Virus record (IMG/VR): IMGVR_UViG_3300023174_009220
Length of the DNA stretch: 64,000 nt
From: an uncultured virus (IMG/VR IMGVR_UViG_3300023174_009220)
Lineage: Duplodnaviria > Heunggongvirae > Uroviricota > Caudoviricetes
Reading direction: 5' to 3' (one strand)
In this document: positions 19,133 to 29,822 of the stretch, piece by piece
How the letters are laid out: every line of letters begins with the position of its first letter
Numbering within the stretch: the first letter of the stretch is position 1
Translations under genes and position numbers: made by a program
Notes under the pieces: model-generated
Seen by the model: the letters and a program-made list of their open reading frames with translations, nothing else
What the model was told of the DNA's origin: nothing
The model's database searches: none

Positions 19133-20250
19133 ACAACACCAAAATGTTTTCTAAGCAGTTCAAAGGATATATCTCTTTGTTTATTGATAAACTTAGAGCT
19201 ACCACTTGTTTTAATAATGCCTAAACTGTTCATAACTTTGAAAAAGTCCGACATATCTTTGTTTAGTATTATCATATCATTGGCCTTACACATATCAATG
19301 ATTGACTTAGCATTAGGTAGTTTTTGATTCATTTTGGTATCTTCGGTGTATATCACCTCTAAAATTTGTTCGTAGATAAGGTATTTTTGATAATTTGGGT
19401 CTTTTTCTAGTTTTTCTCTAAACTCTCTGTAGCTTCTAAACTTATAGTATTCATTAAAGTAAACTCCAGCTAAAATTGTTAACTCTATAAAAGTTGAAAT
19501 TATCACAAACAACACCGTATTTTTTGAATTGTCTTTCTTTTTTTCATCGGTTTTAGAACCAAGTTCTGACTTCTTTTTTTCTATTTTATTAATAGTTTCT
19601 GTTTTCTGAGCCTGAATGCTTGATTCTACTTTTGTGATATCATCTCTAAGCGTATTTTTTTCAACTTTCAAATCAGAAACTCGTTGTCTTTGCTGTCTAC
19701 TAAGCGGTTGCATTGACTCTATTTCGGTTTGTTCTTTATCTTTTTGCTCAATTTTAAGTTTTAACGATTGTATTTCACTATTCTTTGAAGCAACAACGCT
19801 ATCATTTATTCTATTCAAAGAGTCAGTAAAATACTGAATTTGGCTTTCTTTAGTGTTATCAAGTTGTTTTGATTTAGAGGCAAACTCACCAGCCCCACTA
19901 ATTGAAGAGTAAAACGATATCCCAATGATTAATATACTAAGTAGAAAAAGAGGCATTGCCTTTTGTAAAGACTTTGATTTAAGATATTGAATAGAAAATT
20001 TGTCAAAAATATCTCTTTTAAGTAATTCAATTCCGGAAAGTATGATAACTGAAGACAAAAATACCGCAACAGGATTATCTGTCATAGCACCAGATAAAAC
20101 TTTTGATATTAAAAAGTAAGCCAAAAACACAGAGGCAAAGTGGCCAAACCAAGAAAGAGCTATCATCAACCAATTAATGGTTTTATAACTTTGGTGGAAA
20201 CTTTCATTGTTAATTTTAGTTTCAAGTTTTTTAAATTCTTCGATTTTCAT
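19129..20250 (-). CDS. multi-TM coiled-coil protein
   Basis: Three N-terminal TMs, long coiled coil, further TM. Confidence 0.65.
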   Translation of the reverse strand: MKIEEFKKLETKINNESFHQSYKTINWLMIALSWFGHFASVFLAYFLISKVLSGAMTDNPVAVFLSSVIILSGIELLKRDIFDKFSIQYLKSKSLQKAMPLFLLSILIIGISFYSSISGAGEFASKSKQLDNTKESQIQYFTDSLNRINDSVVASKNSEIQSLKLKIEQKDKEQTEIESMQPLSRQQRQRVSDLKVEKNTLRDDITKVESSIQAQKTETINKIEKKKSELGSKTDEKKKDNSKNTVLFVIISTFIELTILAGVYFNEYYKFRSYREFREKLEKDPNYQKYLIYEQILEVIYTEDTKMNQKLPNAKSIIDMCKANDMIILNKDMSDFFKVMNSLGIIKTSGSSKFINKQRDISFELLRKHFGVV

Positions 20251-20570
20251 TGTTTGGTGGTTATTTTTCCAGATAGTCTTTCCATAATCGTTAATTTTCT
20301 ATTCAAAATGGCATAGAGTCTATCTTGTGTATTAGCCAATTCCATTTCTTTATTGGAGATAATTTTTTTCAAGTTCTCAATTTCATTTTTTAATTGGTCT
20401 ATAGTGTGGTCTCGATCGTCTAAATTATATTTCTGACGAGAATGTAAAATTCTATAAAAATACCGCCATTTTAAGAGTAAATATTTAAATTCACCAGGTT
20501 TATATTCACCTTCAAAATCAGAGGTCATTAGAAAATCTAAAATCTCATCGTCTTTTAATTCAGAAATCAT
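20247..20570 (-). CDS. coiled-coil hypothetical protein
   Basis: 107 aa; AATATATA upstream. Confidence 0.6.
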   Translation of the reverse strand: MISELKDDEILDFLMTSDFEGEYKPGEFKYLLLKWRYFYRILHSRQKYNLDDRDHTIDQLKNEIENLKKIISNKEMELANTQDRLYAILNRKLTIMERLSGKITTKQ

Positions 20571-20588
20571 AACATATATATTAAATTT

Positions 20589-21644
20589 TTAGAAACCAAG
20601 TTTTCCTTTGTCCTCAGGGGTTTTATCACGTATAACATCTACTAATCTACAGTCTTTGGTGAATTTATTTTTTGTTTTGAGAATTTTCGATAAACTTTGT
20701 GATTCATCTAAGCCAAGCCTGTTGAACTCAACTATTTCGAAAAGAGAGTTTGAGTCTAACAAATTGTGGTCTATCTCTTCTTCATCCTCTGTATTAAAAA
20801 TAGCTAATATCGACAGATTATCAACCGGTGAAACGCCATCAATAAGCTGAATTAAATTATTACAGACTAAATTATTTCTATGAACCGTTTCTGAAAAAAT
20901 AGTTTCACAATCATCCAATACAACTATGGGTTTATTGAATTTATGAAGAATCTTCCTAAAATCACTTGAATTAAGACACAAATCAACCATAGTATTTGGT
21001 AAATAGATAACATCTCTATCGACTTGTGTAGCCAGGTATTTAATAAAACTACTTTTTCCACATCCTCTTTCGCCAACAAAAATGACCAATCCATTTTCGG
21101 ATTTTTGTAGTCTTTTAATCACTTTTTTTGATTGTTTCCAAGTATTTTTTTGATAATAAAGTTGTATATCTTTTGATTTAGTTTCGTTGGGCGAATTTAC
21201 CATCTCTAAGCCACTCTGTGACAGCGAGGCAATCCAAAAATTAGAATTCTCTAAATTAGATTTTTCTAAAATAAATTCAGAAAATTGTTCCACCAACAAT
21301 TGACAACTTTCTAAATCCGAATTCGATTTATAATAAATTGTCAAATCTGTTAACACCGAATCCACTAACTTGTCTAAAATAACATAAGAAAGATATATAC
21401 TATTAGATATTTTTGACATCGATTTGTCATTTTGAATGTCGGAGTCTGGTTCAAAAGAGATTTCTTGAAAAACATTAACATTATCAAAGCCATCTATTTG
21501 ACTTAGTAAATCTTTGGAAAACTCACCATGTAAAAAGATTTTATTTGGCCTTGTTCCAAACTCGGACCAAAGAAATAAAAAGTCATTTAGAGAAGAATCG
21601 TCCTTATTTATATTAATTTTAGTAGATATTTTTTTATCCGACAT
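20589..21644 (-). CDS. AAA+ ATPase
   Basis: GERGCGKS, VVLDDCE, LIQLIDG, C-term LGF. Confidence 0.8.
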   Translation of the reverse strand: MSDKKISTKININKDDSSLNDFLFLWSEFGTRPNKIFLHGEFSKDLLSQIDGFDNVNVFQEISFEPDSDIQNDKSMSKISNSIYLSYVILDKLVDSVLTDLTIYYKSNSDLESCQLLVEQFSEFILEKSNLENSNFWIASLSQSGLEMVNSPNETKSKDIQLYYQKNTWKQSKKVIKRLQKSENGLVIFVGERGCGKSSFIKYLATQVDRDVIYLPNTMVDLCLNSSDFRKILHKFNKPIVVLDDCETIFSETVHRNNLVCNNLIQLIDGVSPVDNLSILAIFNTEDEEEIDHNLLDSNSLFEIVEFNRLGLDESQSLSKILKTKNKFTKDCRLVDVIRDKTPEDKGKLGF

Positions 21645-21700
21645 AAAAAAAGTTATTTTTTAATTTTTATATATAACATAACTAAAAAGTTTATGTATAT

Positions 21701-21907
21701 ATGTCTAGAGAAGAACAGGTTGACTCGATAATTAAAGCGAATTTATACGTCGTCAGTTGTAAATTCGGCATTAACTGTCGCAAAAGAACAGAATACGCAA
21801 GAAGATATCTAAGTTTTAAAATCTCGAATATTATCAACAGAAACAGAAAAGTTGAAAAGACCAGATATGTATCTGTTTTTTCAGGCCTTTTTTCTATTTT
21901 CTTTTAA
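21701..21907 (+). CDS. hypothetical protein
   Basis: 68-aa ORF filling the gap between genes. Confidence 0.45.
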   Translation: MSREEQVDSIIKANLYVVSCKFGINCRKRTEYARRYLSFKISNIINRNRKVEKTRYVSVFSGLFSIFF

Positions 21908-21908
21908 A

Positions 21909-22271
21909 TCAGATATTATCTGAAACATTTTCCATATTATTATCAATCGCCGAACCGTCGATAACAGGACCATCAATAATAGGACCATCAATAATAGGAC
22001 CATCAATAATAGGACCACCAACCATTGGACCATCAACAATAGGACCATCAATAATAGGACCACCAACCATTGGACCATCAATAATAGGACCTCCGTCTTG
22101 ATTAAGAGGAGTAGTATTATCAAAAAGACCTTTTTCTTGTTCCTGTTTAATTAAATTCATAATGAACTCACGTTGCATTTTTTCTGTTTTTCTTTTTTCA
22201 TGAGATATTCTTAGATTTCTAGCAGCAACTTTTTGCTTATGATTCTTTCTGTGTTTGGATTTTGTCGGCAT
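21909..22271 (-). CDS. basic N-terminus protein with nine GPIID/GPMVG pentapeptide repeats
   Basis: 15-bp tandem repeat at about 21954-22094. Confidence 0.75.
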   Translation of the reverse strand: MPTKSKHRKNHKQKVAARNLRISHEKRKTEKMQREFIMNLIKQEQEKGLFDNTTPLNQDGGPIIDGPMVGGPIIDGPIVDGPMVGGPIIDGPIIDGPIIDGPVIDGSAIDNNMENVSDNI

Positions 22272-22306
22272 CTTTTTAATTTTAAATTTACTATTATAAG
22301 TGAGAA

Positions 22307-23260
22307 ATGGCGTTTAGTTTACTATATAAAGAAAAAAATTCGACTATGGCATCAAAAGAAGAAGCAATGAATTTATTTAATAAGCTAAGTGATACCGCCA
22401 ATGGTCTTGCGGATAAGACACTCAAAGGACTTCCAGAAACAATCGACAAAGTTATGATGCCTGATAAAATGATTGCAAAAAAAATCATGTCCTTAAAGTC
22501 TCCAGGCATGAGTGATGATGACTTAAATTTAATGATTTATGGAAAAGACTTAAAAAAAATAGTTGGACCAACATATAAACCTTTTTTTACAGAATTTACG
22601 ATAGAGAAATTAAATCCAAGTATTTTAATCCCCGATTTAAAGTCACCATTCAAAGCCATACCTGAAGATTTTCCTATTTATGATGAGGTGAAAAAAGTTA
22701 AAATTGAAGTTAAACAGGGTGTTTTTTTATTACAAGACAAGTCAACAGCTTTAGTATCTGAGATTTCAAAATTAGGAGTTTTAATAGGCAGCACCATACC
22801 GGCCGCTATTCTAATTGCTGCTCCAATAAATTTTAATATACCAGGGGCAATAACTTTGACCGTTAATTTATTGAATCAAATCAGCTCAGTTAAGCAAAAG
22901 TTTAAAGAACTCACACCGGCATTGAGGGTTGTTGATAAACTAAAATTTGTAATTCCAGATCACAAAGTTGAAGAGGTGATGACTCCTATAAATGCTGTCG
23001 TTCAAACTATATCTGGATTTGAACAGGCGCTTAGTCCTTTCGACGCATTCTCTAAAATACAGGAAGCAAAACAAGCAAAAGTTGATGAATTCAAAAATAG
23101 GATTGACGAAATTGATTTACAGGTCAAAAATTTAAAAATCGAAGACTTTATTAGTTTCCCGGATCCACAAAAAGCGTTAGATGATAAAAAGAAAGAACTT
23201 GATGGTGTTAAAGAAGATATTTCTAATCAGGTTGGAAAACTTTTGAAAGGAGGTAATTAA
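22307..23260 (+). CDS. hypothetical protein with hydrophobic hairpin and coiled coil
   Basis: 317-aa ORF. Confidence 0.65.
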   Translation: MAFSLLYKEKNSTMASKEEAMNLFNKLSDTANGLADKTLKGLPETIDKVMMPDKMIAKKIMSLKSPGMSDDDLNLMIYGKDLKKIVGPTYKPFFTEFTIEKLNPSILIPDLKSPFKAIPEDFPIYDEVKKVKIEVKQGVFLLQDKSTALVSEISKLGVLIGSTIPAAILIAAPINFNIPGAITLTVNLLNQISSVKQKFKELTPALRVVDKLKFVIPDHKVEEVMTPINAVVQTISGFEQALSPFDAFSKIQEAKQAKVDEFKNRIDEIDLQVKNLKIEDFISFPDPQKALDDKKKELDGVKEDISNQVGKLLKGGN

Positions 23261-24590
23261 AGTTATCTGGTAGAATAAATTTATACTTAGCATTTAATTT
23301 ACCAGACATCTCATTTGATGCAAAATCAACTGATATCAACATTTTAACCAACTCAACCTCTTCTTTGGTTATTACAAAAGTCATATTAAAGGGTAAATTT
23401 TGTGACTCCAAATCCGATTCAAACTTCACATGATAATCAAAGTTTAAAGTTAAATCATCATAATTTTGTCTAAAGAAATCTCGTGAAGGAATCATGATAA
23501 ATTCATTTCCACTATCACTTAAGTAATAAACAGGTCTTTCTAAACAATTCATCTTATCAATTAAAAGTTTGAACAACTTCATTTTTACATTACCTCCTGC
23601 CCTTTTCATATTGTTATCTACTTTAACTATATCTTCTGGAAATTGCGTTTTTAAGGAACTGGTTAGTAAATTTTCTAAGATTTTTGAATATAAAACCACT
23701 CTTTTAACCTCAAACCACTCCTTTTCGACCCTGGGTAAATCAATAAAAAGACTTTGTCTCTTTTTCCAGTTTTCAGAAATAAGCTCATCGAGTTTAGTGA
23801 TATTTTTGTCTACAGCCTCGATATATTCACCAAGATGTTTGAATTTAGGGTCTGGATGTTTTATTTCAAAATACTCAAAATAAGTCAGACTATCGATTCT
23901 TTTTGGATCAATAAACTTTTCAATGTGTCTTTGCATCTCTTTAGAAGTATTCTCATAATTTAATTGAACCCAAGTCTGTGTCAACTTATTCCATTTACTC
24001 AAGTATTCTTCAGAATAAAGTCTATCAGTATTTGACGCTATCATTTCATCAGATAGTGTCAAAAATGAAGAGGTTTTTTGTGACGTTAAGCTTTTATTTA
24101 AATAGAATGAATATTGTTTTTGATTATTTAACTCAATTACAATATCCTCTTGATAATCAGGATTTTTATTTGGACCAATCCAATATATTTTTTTAATATC
24201 TTCTTCTAATAATTTTTGGTCTGGAATCAGTTTATCGATTATATTTCTGGCCGTATTTCTAGCACTAACTAGCATGTTCCAATCTTTTTCGATGTTAAAA
24301 TTTACACTTTCAAATAAACCGCTTATTTTAGAAGCCTCATCATCTTCAATAAATTTACCCTCTTCAAATTTTCCAAGCACTAATCTGTTTTTAGCCAAAA
24401 GTAGATTCTTTAAATCAGTTAAGAATATTGTAGAATCCTCAGAATATCTAGCCTTTAGACCTCTGTCGAGTAAATTATCTAAAAACTCATTATTTAATAG
24501 AGTCATTGATACGCAGATTTCTAAAACTAAGTTTTTTGTTGAATATTCCTTTGATTCTTTGAACAATTGATAACCTTTTAACCACTTCAT
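23223..24590 (-). CDS. leader-tagged hypothetical protein
   Basis: MKWLKGYQLFKES. Confidence 0.7.
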   Translation of the reverse strand: MKWLKGYQLFKESKEYSTKNLVLEICVSMTLLNNEFLDNLLDRGLKARYSEDSTIFLTDLKNLLLAKNRLVLGKFEEGKFIEDDEASKISGLFESVNFNIEKDWNMLVSARNTARNIIDKLIPDQKLLEEDIKKIYWIGPNKNPDYQEDIVIELNNQKQYSFYLNKSLTSQKTSSFLTLSDEMIASNTDRLYSEEYLSKWNKLTQTWVQLNYENTSKEMQRHIEKFIDPKRIDSLTYFEYFEIKHPDPKFKHLGEYIEAVDKNITKLDELISENWKKRQSLFIDLPRVEKEWFEVKRVVLYSKILENLLTSSLKTQFPEDIVKVDNNMKRAGGNVKMKLFKLLIDKMNCLERPVYYLSDSGNEFIMIPSRDFFRQNYDDLTLNFDYHVKFESDLESQNLPFNMTFVITKEEVELVKMLISVDFASNEMSGKLNAKYKFILPDNFNYLLSKVFQPD

Positions 24591-24611
24591 ATTTGAAATT
24601 ATAGTATTATT

Positions 24612-24629
24612 TTTTAATATATATTAAAA
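24612..24629. promoter_or_regulatory. palindromic bidirectional late-promoter-like element
   Basis: Perfect palindrome TTTTAATATATATTAAAA between two divergent leader-tagged genes. Confidence 0.6.
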
Positions 24630-24695
24630 TAGGAAACCTTAAACTGTTAATCTATGTAATTTAAAAAAATGTTCAAAAAAAGGAAACTCATTCCA

Positions 24696-25370
24696 ATGAT
24701 GAAAAAACTGAAAACATACGAACAATTTAAAGAATCATTAGTGATTGATTTAGGTATTCAAAATATTGGAGACTTACTTGAATCACTAACTATACTTCAA
24801 GATGCTCTACTTCAAGCTATCGGAGCCGAAGAAGTCAATATCTTTGATTCTTTAAAATTAAGGGAAGATGATTTCAAAGACAAACTTGATTTGGAAGTAC
24901 TGAGTGACAATGTTGAATTTATTAACTCACTTTCTAGTATAAGGCTAAAAAAATCACCGGTTCAATACTCAAAAGACTTTCAAACTTTTTTAAGCAAGCC
25001 ATGTAAATTTATGTTTATTTATGATATCTCAAATACACATGAACTTCAAAATCCAATCTATCTAATCATGCAGGAGTGGAATGCAGAAGGAGAGTCAGGT
25101 GGTCAGTGGGGTGGACTGAAAATATACAAAGTGAAATTTGGTGAAAGTTTCTACGATGCTCTAACATTTAGAGTAATTGTTATAAACGACGGCGGAGAAG
25201 AATATACCTATGAGACATCTAACGGAAATGAATGGGTGATTCAACACAAAGACCGAGTAAATGATATCTACAAAGAAGTGCTAAGAAAAGAGGAATTGGA
25301 ACAACTCTTAAAAAATAAAAATGTTACTGTATCAATTTTAGGTGGATCGAAAATGAATCAATTATCTTAA
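24696..25370 (+). CDS. leader-tagged hypothetical protein
   Basis: Likely start MMKKLKTYEQFKES. Confidence 0.65.
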   Translation: MMKKLKTYEQFKESLVIDLGIQNIGDLLESLTILQDALLQAIGAEEVNIFDSLKLREDDFKDKLDLEVLSDNVEFINSLSSIRLKKSPVQYSKDFQTFLSKPCKFMFIYDISNTHELQNPIYLIMQEWNAEGESGGQWGGLKIYKVKFGESFYDALTFRVIVINDGGEEYTYETSNGNEWVIQHKDRVNDIYKEVLRKEELEQLLKNKNVTVSILGGSKMNQLS

Positions 25371-25991
25371 CTTTTGGTTAATGAATTCTACTATAAGAGT
25401 TCTTTTTGACTCATCATCTTTACAATAATACCATTTCCAAGTATAGGTGCTTTCTAAAAAATGTATTTTCTCTCTATATTGCATAATCTCAGACATAATT
25501 GACTCAATATCTTCTGAAGATATTTCGTATGGTATATTGAGTTCATTACAAATGGCAAAAATTCCGATCTTATTTTTAGACTCATAATATCGACCAGCCT
25601 TTAAGTATAATTCATTGAGTCTTTTATTTCTAACAATATCAGGGTGTGTTAGTTTTACTATTTCACGATAAAGTTTTTTCAAATTGTTTCCATTATCTAC
25701 AATTTCTTCATTGTCCCAATTGTCAAAATCATCAAATTTTTCCTCTTCTGTCAAATTTTCCAACTCTTCAAGTTGTTTATCAAAGTTTTTTAGAGCCTCA
25801 TCTAATAATTGTGAGACCTTTGTGTCATATTGTTCTTTTAGTTCAGGATTTTCTTCAAGAAATTGATTTACCGACTTCAAAAATTCTGGATCAGCAGAAC
25901 TCACCACTTCTTTCCTATAATTATAGTCAGTTTCTAAAAAATCTAATTCACGAAGCACTCTCTGCGTCTCAAGTTGTTTGATTTTATCCAT
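25362..25991 (-). CDS. J-domain (DnaJ-like) protein
   Basis: LKKLYREIVKLTHPD. Confidence 0.7.
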   Translation of the reverse strand: MDKIKQLETQRVLRELDFLETDYNYRKEVVSSADPEFLKSVNQFLEENPELKEQYDTKVSQLLDEALKNFDKQLEELENLTEEEKFDDFDNWDNEEIVDNGNNLKKLYREIVKLTHPDIVRNKRLNELYLKAGRYYESKNKIGIFAICNELNIPYEISSEDIESIMSEIMQYREKIHFLESTYTWKWYYCKDDESKRTLIVEFINQKLR

Positions 25992-26044
25992 TTATTGACT
26001 TTTTTTCTCGGTTTATATATTAGTTAGCGGGGTCTACTACGGGG

Positions 26045-26347
26045 TTATTTTTTAGCGTCAATTATTATTTGATGTCTATTTTTTTTGACCCAATCGTATA
26101 CTTTTGTTATATCATCACCAACACTAAAAGTCAATTTTAAATCCTCAATTTTTATAGATTCAGGTATAATTTTTATTTCTAAGATTATTTCTTTTTTGTT
26201 ACTGTAATATATATGCATTTCAAAAGGAATCTCTTTTCCTAAAAACCAAAATCTGTGGTTCCCATTTATAACCAAATGATTTAAAGACCTCTTCATGTTA
26301 GTTCCCAATGATGCCATATAATCAGAAAAGTTTTTTATTTTACTCAT
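26045..26347 (-). CDS. leader-like hypothetical protein
   Basis: MSKIKNFSDY; TATATATA upstream. Confidence 0.55.
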   Translation of the reverse strand: MSKIKNFSDYMASLGTNMKRSLNHLVINGNHRFWFLGKEIPFEMHIYYSNKKEIILEIKIIPESIKIEDLKLTFSVGDDITKVYDWVKKNRHQIIIDAKK

Positions 26348-26407
26348 AGCCGAAATTCTATCTCATATATATATAAATTGTTGATTCTAATTTTAATATA
26401 TAAGTCT

Positions 26408-26842
26408 ATGAAACATCTAAAAAAATTCAACGAAAAAAATAGCTCCGAAGAGATTACTGAAGATACCTCGGCCACAGGAGGTCCAGCCGTGAGTGGAATG
26501 GGTCCTTATGTTAATGCCCAACCATCTTCTCTTCCAGGAGTCACATCTGGTCCTAATTGGATCAACACCGGTGGTCAAGCAGGTGACGGTTCAATCGCAG
26601 TGCCTTTTAATCCATCAGGAAATAATAGAATGTTTCAAAAAATGGATTCTCCAATGGGAAAAGACCACGGACCAAGAACTGGAAAAAAATCCAGAACTAA
26701 AAAAATTGACCTTAAATCTCTAAAAGATATCTTTGCTAAAAGGCAAGATTTCACCGATCAACAAGACGGTTCAAAAAAAGAAAAGAGAGTTTTAGACTTT
26801 AACGATTTTCTAAAAAACGATTTTAATACAATCAAAAAGTAA
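26408..26842 (+). CDS. leader-tagged low-complexity protein; start at 26408
   Basis: TTAATATATAAGTCT-ATG; MKHLKKFNE. Confidence 0.7.
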   Translation: MKHLKKFNEKNSSEEITEDTSATGGPAVSGMGPYVNAQPSSLPGVTSGPNWINTGGQAGDGSIAVPFNPSGNNRMFQKMDSPMGKDHGPRTGKKSRTKKIDLKSLKDIFAKRQDFTDQQDGSKKEKRVLDFNDFLKNDFNTIKK

Positions 26843-27105
26843 TGAAACATCTACATAGGTTTAACAATTTTTATGAATCATTTGATATGAACAAGTCTGT
26901 TTGTGATAGATGTCACTCAAACACAAATGGCGCAACCACAATGTCAATGTTCAATCAAGATATAATTTGTATGGATTGTAAAAATAAGGAAAAATTAGAC
27001 CCTGAGTATCAGGCGGCGTGTGATGCAGAAAGAGAAGCCGTAAGATTAGGTGATAGAAATTATCAAGGTGCTCTTCCTAATTATAAACCCCTAAGAAAAA
27101 TATAA
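26842..27105 (+). CDS. leader-tagged small Zn-finger protein
   Basis: MKHLHRFNNFYES; CDRC...MSMFN...CMDC. Confidence 0.7.
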   Translation: MKHLHRFNNFYESFDMNKSVCDRCHSNTNGATTMSMFNQDIICMDCKNKEKLDPEYQAACDAEREAVRLGDRNYQGALPNYKPLRKI

Positions 27106-27141
27106 TTAAACCAAAAAACTTTTCTGTTATATAATTTCCAA

Positions 27142-27690
27142 ATGGACTTAAATAAAAGGGAAAAGATAATACTAGTTGGGAAATCTGGCAGTGGGAAAGA
27201 CTATCTAATGAGACAACTGGTCAAAAAAGGATTAAAACCCGGTCTTAAATGCACCACAAGACCTCAAAGGTTAAAAGAACTACAAGGCGTTAGTTACAAT
27301 TTTATCACCGAAGAGTTATTCAATCAATATATTAAACAAAATAAATTTTTGTGTCATCAAAATTTTACGGTAACTCCTAAAGAAGGTGGGCCTCAAAGTT
27401 GGCACTATGGGATAACAAACGATGAATTTGAATCTTCACAAGTTTTTATTATGACACCTGAGGATTTTAAAAACATAGAACCCCATAGGAGAAAAGAGTG
27501 TTTTGTTGTTTATTTAGATATTGAAAGATCAGTTAGAGAATGGCGATTGATTGGTCGACACGATAGAAATGATTCAGTAAAAAGAAGGTTAGATTCTGAT
27601 GAGATTGATTTTATTGGGTTTCAAGATTATGATTTGAGGATTACTTGTCCGGATTTTGATGTAGAAGATATTTATGGTTTAATGGAATAA
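27142..27690 (+). CDS. gmk: guanylate kinase-like protein
   Basis: GKSGSGKD, TTRPQR..E..GVSYNF, WHYG. Confidence 0.85.
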   Translation: MDLNKREKIILVGKSGSGKDYLMRQLVKKGLKPGLKCTTRPQRLKELQGVSYNFITEELFNQYIKQNKFLCHQNFTVTPKEGGPQSWHYGITNDEFESSQVFIMTPEDFKNIEPHRRKECFVVYLDIERSVREWRLIGRHDRNDSVKRRLDSDEIDFIGFQDYDLRITCPDFDVEDIYGLME

Positions 27691-27693
27691 TCC

Positions 27694-28692
27694 TTAATCA
27701 AACCACTTCTTTTTCCAGAAGTAAAAAAATAAAGCCGCTGCTAAGGTAACCATTAGTGAGATAATTGCAAAATAACCCCAACTCCACTTTAATTCCGGCA
27801 TGTTTTCAAAGTTCATACCATAAACTCCGGCTATAAAAGTAAGTGGTATAAAAATTGCGCTAATCACAGTCAATACCTTCATTATTTTATTCATTCTCTG
27901 TCCCTGAGCCGCATAATACATATTTGAGATACCATCAAGAATTTGTTTCAGCGCATCAATTTCTTCTAATAAACTTTCACAAAGAAACTTTAAATTAGAA
28001 AAGTAGTGACCATTACCGGCATGTATAAACGGCGTTGTGGCATTTTCTAATTGAATTGTAATATCTCTCATTGGAATAGCAATTTTTCTGAGTTCTATTA
28101 ACTTTCTTTTTTCATCTTCTATTTTTTTTAGAATTTGACCATCTTCCGAAGTATGTACTTCGGAATCTAATTTAGAAATTCTATCGTTGATATCTTCGAT
28201 TACACAATAATAGTTATCTACTATTGATTCGAGTAGTCTAAATAATAAAAAATCGGTTGACTTTTTTCTAATTATACCACGGTCATCTACTATTCGATCT
28301 CTGGTTGAATCAAAGTGATCGGCGACTTTTTCTTGAAAAGAAATTAAATAATCATGATTTAGCACAAAAGTAATTTGTTCACTATCCAAGAGTTTATCAT
28401 TTAAACTTGACGGTAAGGCAGATTTGATACTAAAAAACATATAATTTTCATACTCTTCTACTTTAGCCCTTTTTGGCGCAGTAAAGATAGTTTCGATGCA
28501 AAGTTTTTCGATTTCCAGGGCGCTACATAAATTCTCTATACTCTGTCTGTCAATTATACTATGAAAATTTAACCAATGAGTGGTTTTTGTTTTGTGTTCT
28601 GGTTTGAATGTGTTTGAAAAAAATTTAGCATCGTTGACTTCAATCAAACACTCGCTTTCATTATATTTATATAACTGGCAATTTTTCATCAA
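27694..28692 (-). CDS. corA: CorA Mg2+/Co2+ transporter
   Basis: MNKIMKVLT, PLTFIAGVYGMNFENMPEL, two C-terminal TMs. Confidence 0.95.
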   Translation of the reverse strand: MMKNCQLYKYNESECLIEVNDAKFFSNTFKPEHKTKTTHWLNFHSIIDRQSIENLCSALEIEKLCIETIFTAPKRAKVEEYENYMFFSIKSALPSSLNDKLLDSEQITFVLNHDYLISFQEKVADHFDSTRDRIVDDRGIIRKKSTDFLLFRLLESIVDNYYCVIEDINDRISKLDSEVHTSEDGQILKKIEDEKRKLIELRKIAIPMRDITIQLENATTPFIHAGNGHYFSNLKFLCESLLEEIDALKQILDGISNMYYAAQGQRMNKIMKVLTVISAIFIPLTFIAGVYGMNFENMPELKWSWGYFAIISLMVTLAAALFFYFWKKKWFD

Positions 28693-29406
28693 CTACGGCT
28701 CGGTTTTTCCATCAAAAGTCAGTCCTCTAAGTTGACCATTTATGGAATTACAAACCGGCTCTGAATGCATAATAGTATTTTCCAACACAGACAATAAAAT
28801 GTTCAAAATAGAGTAAACTTTAAGCAGATTATTTTCAGATTCATAAAATTGTGAACTACACACACCTTCAATCAAATCAATAGTCAACGTGATAGTATCG
28901 TTGTTTTTAACTTTCATTTTTTCAACCACTATTTTAGGAATTCCAGCATTTGAAAACTCTTTTTCGTAGTCATAAACAATTGTATTGACTAAATCTAATA
29001 GAGCTCTTCTTATTTGGGCACTGTCCATATTTTTATAATTTCCTGAATTAACAAAACTTAATAAATTTGATTTATACGAAGTCAAGTATATAAACAAATA
29101 TTTTCTAAAAACAGCAGTTCGATAATCTGTTGAAAATTGAAACGTCGGAATTTTTGAATATCTCCAAAAATCTATATAGTTAAAAATATCGTGATTGGAA
29201 ACATCTGAATCTGAGATATCCGCACTTGTCACATCGCTTACTTTGTTCTTTAGATATTTTTCTATCATTTTTTCCATAACAGAAGATATCATCGCTTTTC
29301 CCCACGAGCTCCTTGATAATTTATAGATAAAATAAAGAGCAACCATAGTTCCTCCTAACCACGGACCATAGGCAGCAAAAGCATCTAGTATAAATTTGAG
29401 TTCCAT
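28693..29406 (-). CDS. N-terminal TM protein (possibly holin-like)
   Basis: Single N-terminal TM plus soluble domain; TAATATATA upstream. Confidence 0.5.
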   Translation of the reverse strand: MELKFILDAFAAYGPWLGGTMVALYFIYKLSRSSWGKAMISSVMEKMIEKYLKNKVSDVTSADISDSDVSNHDIFNYIDFWRYSKIPTFQFSTDYRTAVFRKYLFIYLTSYKSNLLSFVNSGNYKNMDSAQIRRALLDLVNTIVYDYEKEFSNAGIPKIVVEKMKVKNNDTITLTIDLIEGVCSSQFYESENNLLKVYSILNILLSVLENTIMHSEPVCNSINGQLRGLTFDGKTEP

Positions 29407-29500
29407 AGTCTATATATTATTATAGGCAACTAATAAATAATAAAATAGTGAATATTTCGGAGGAAAAGGTTATTTAATATATAAAAAAAAATTAATACTT

Positions 29501-29821
29501 ATGAACTTAAAAACAAATGTCAATAAAATACACGTTGACTTAAGTAACACTTATCAAAATGTAGAAATATTAGAAAAGTCCAATCTTAGACTCGGAAATT
29601 TCATTGAGTTATCTGTGGTTGAAAGTAATAAAAACCTAAAAATTCAAATTAGTAAATATGAACTGGAAAAGGATGTGTTTAATTGGTCATATTTTGCTAA
29701 TCCACAAGATGAAAATTCAATTGTAGAAAGAACTTCAACCGTTAATTCTTTTTTGTTTGATGTTTCTGATATTTTTGATAAAAATAGATTTGACAGCGAT
29801 TACCTTAAAAAATTAAACTAA
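29501..29821 (+). CDS. hypothetical late protein
   Basis: TTAATATATA upstream. Confidence 0.65.
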   Translation: MNLKTNVNKIHVDLSNTYQNVEILEKSNLRLGNFIELSVVESNKNLKIQISKYELEKDVFNWSYFANPQDENSIVERTSTVNSFLFDVSDIFDKNRFDSDYLKKLN

Positions 29822-29822
29822 G

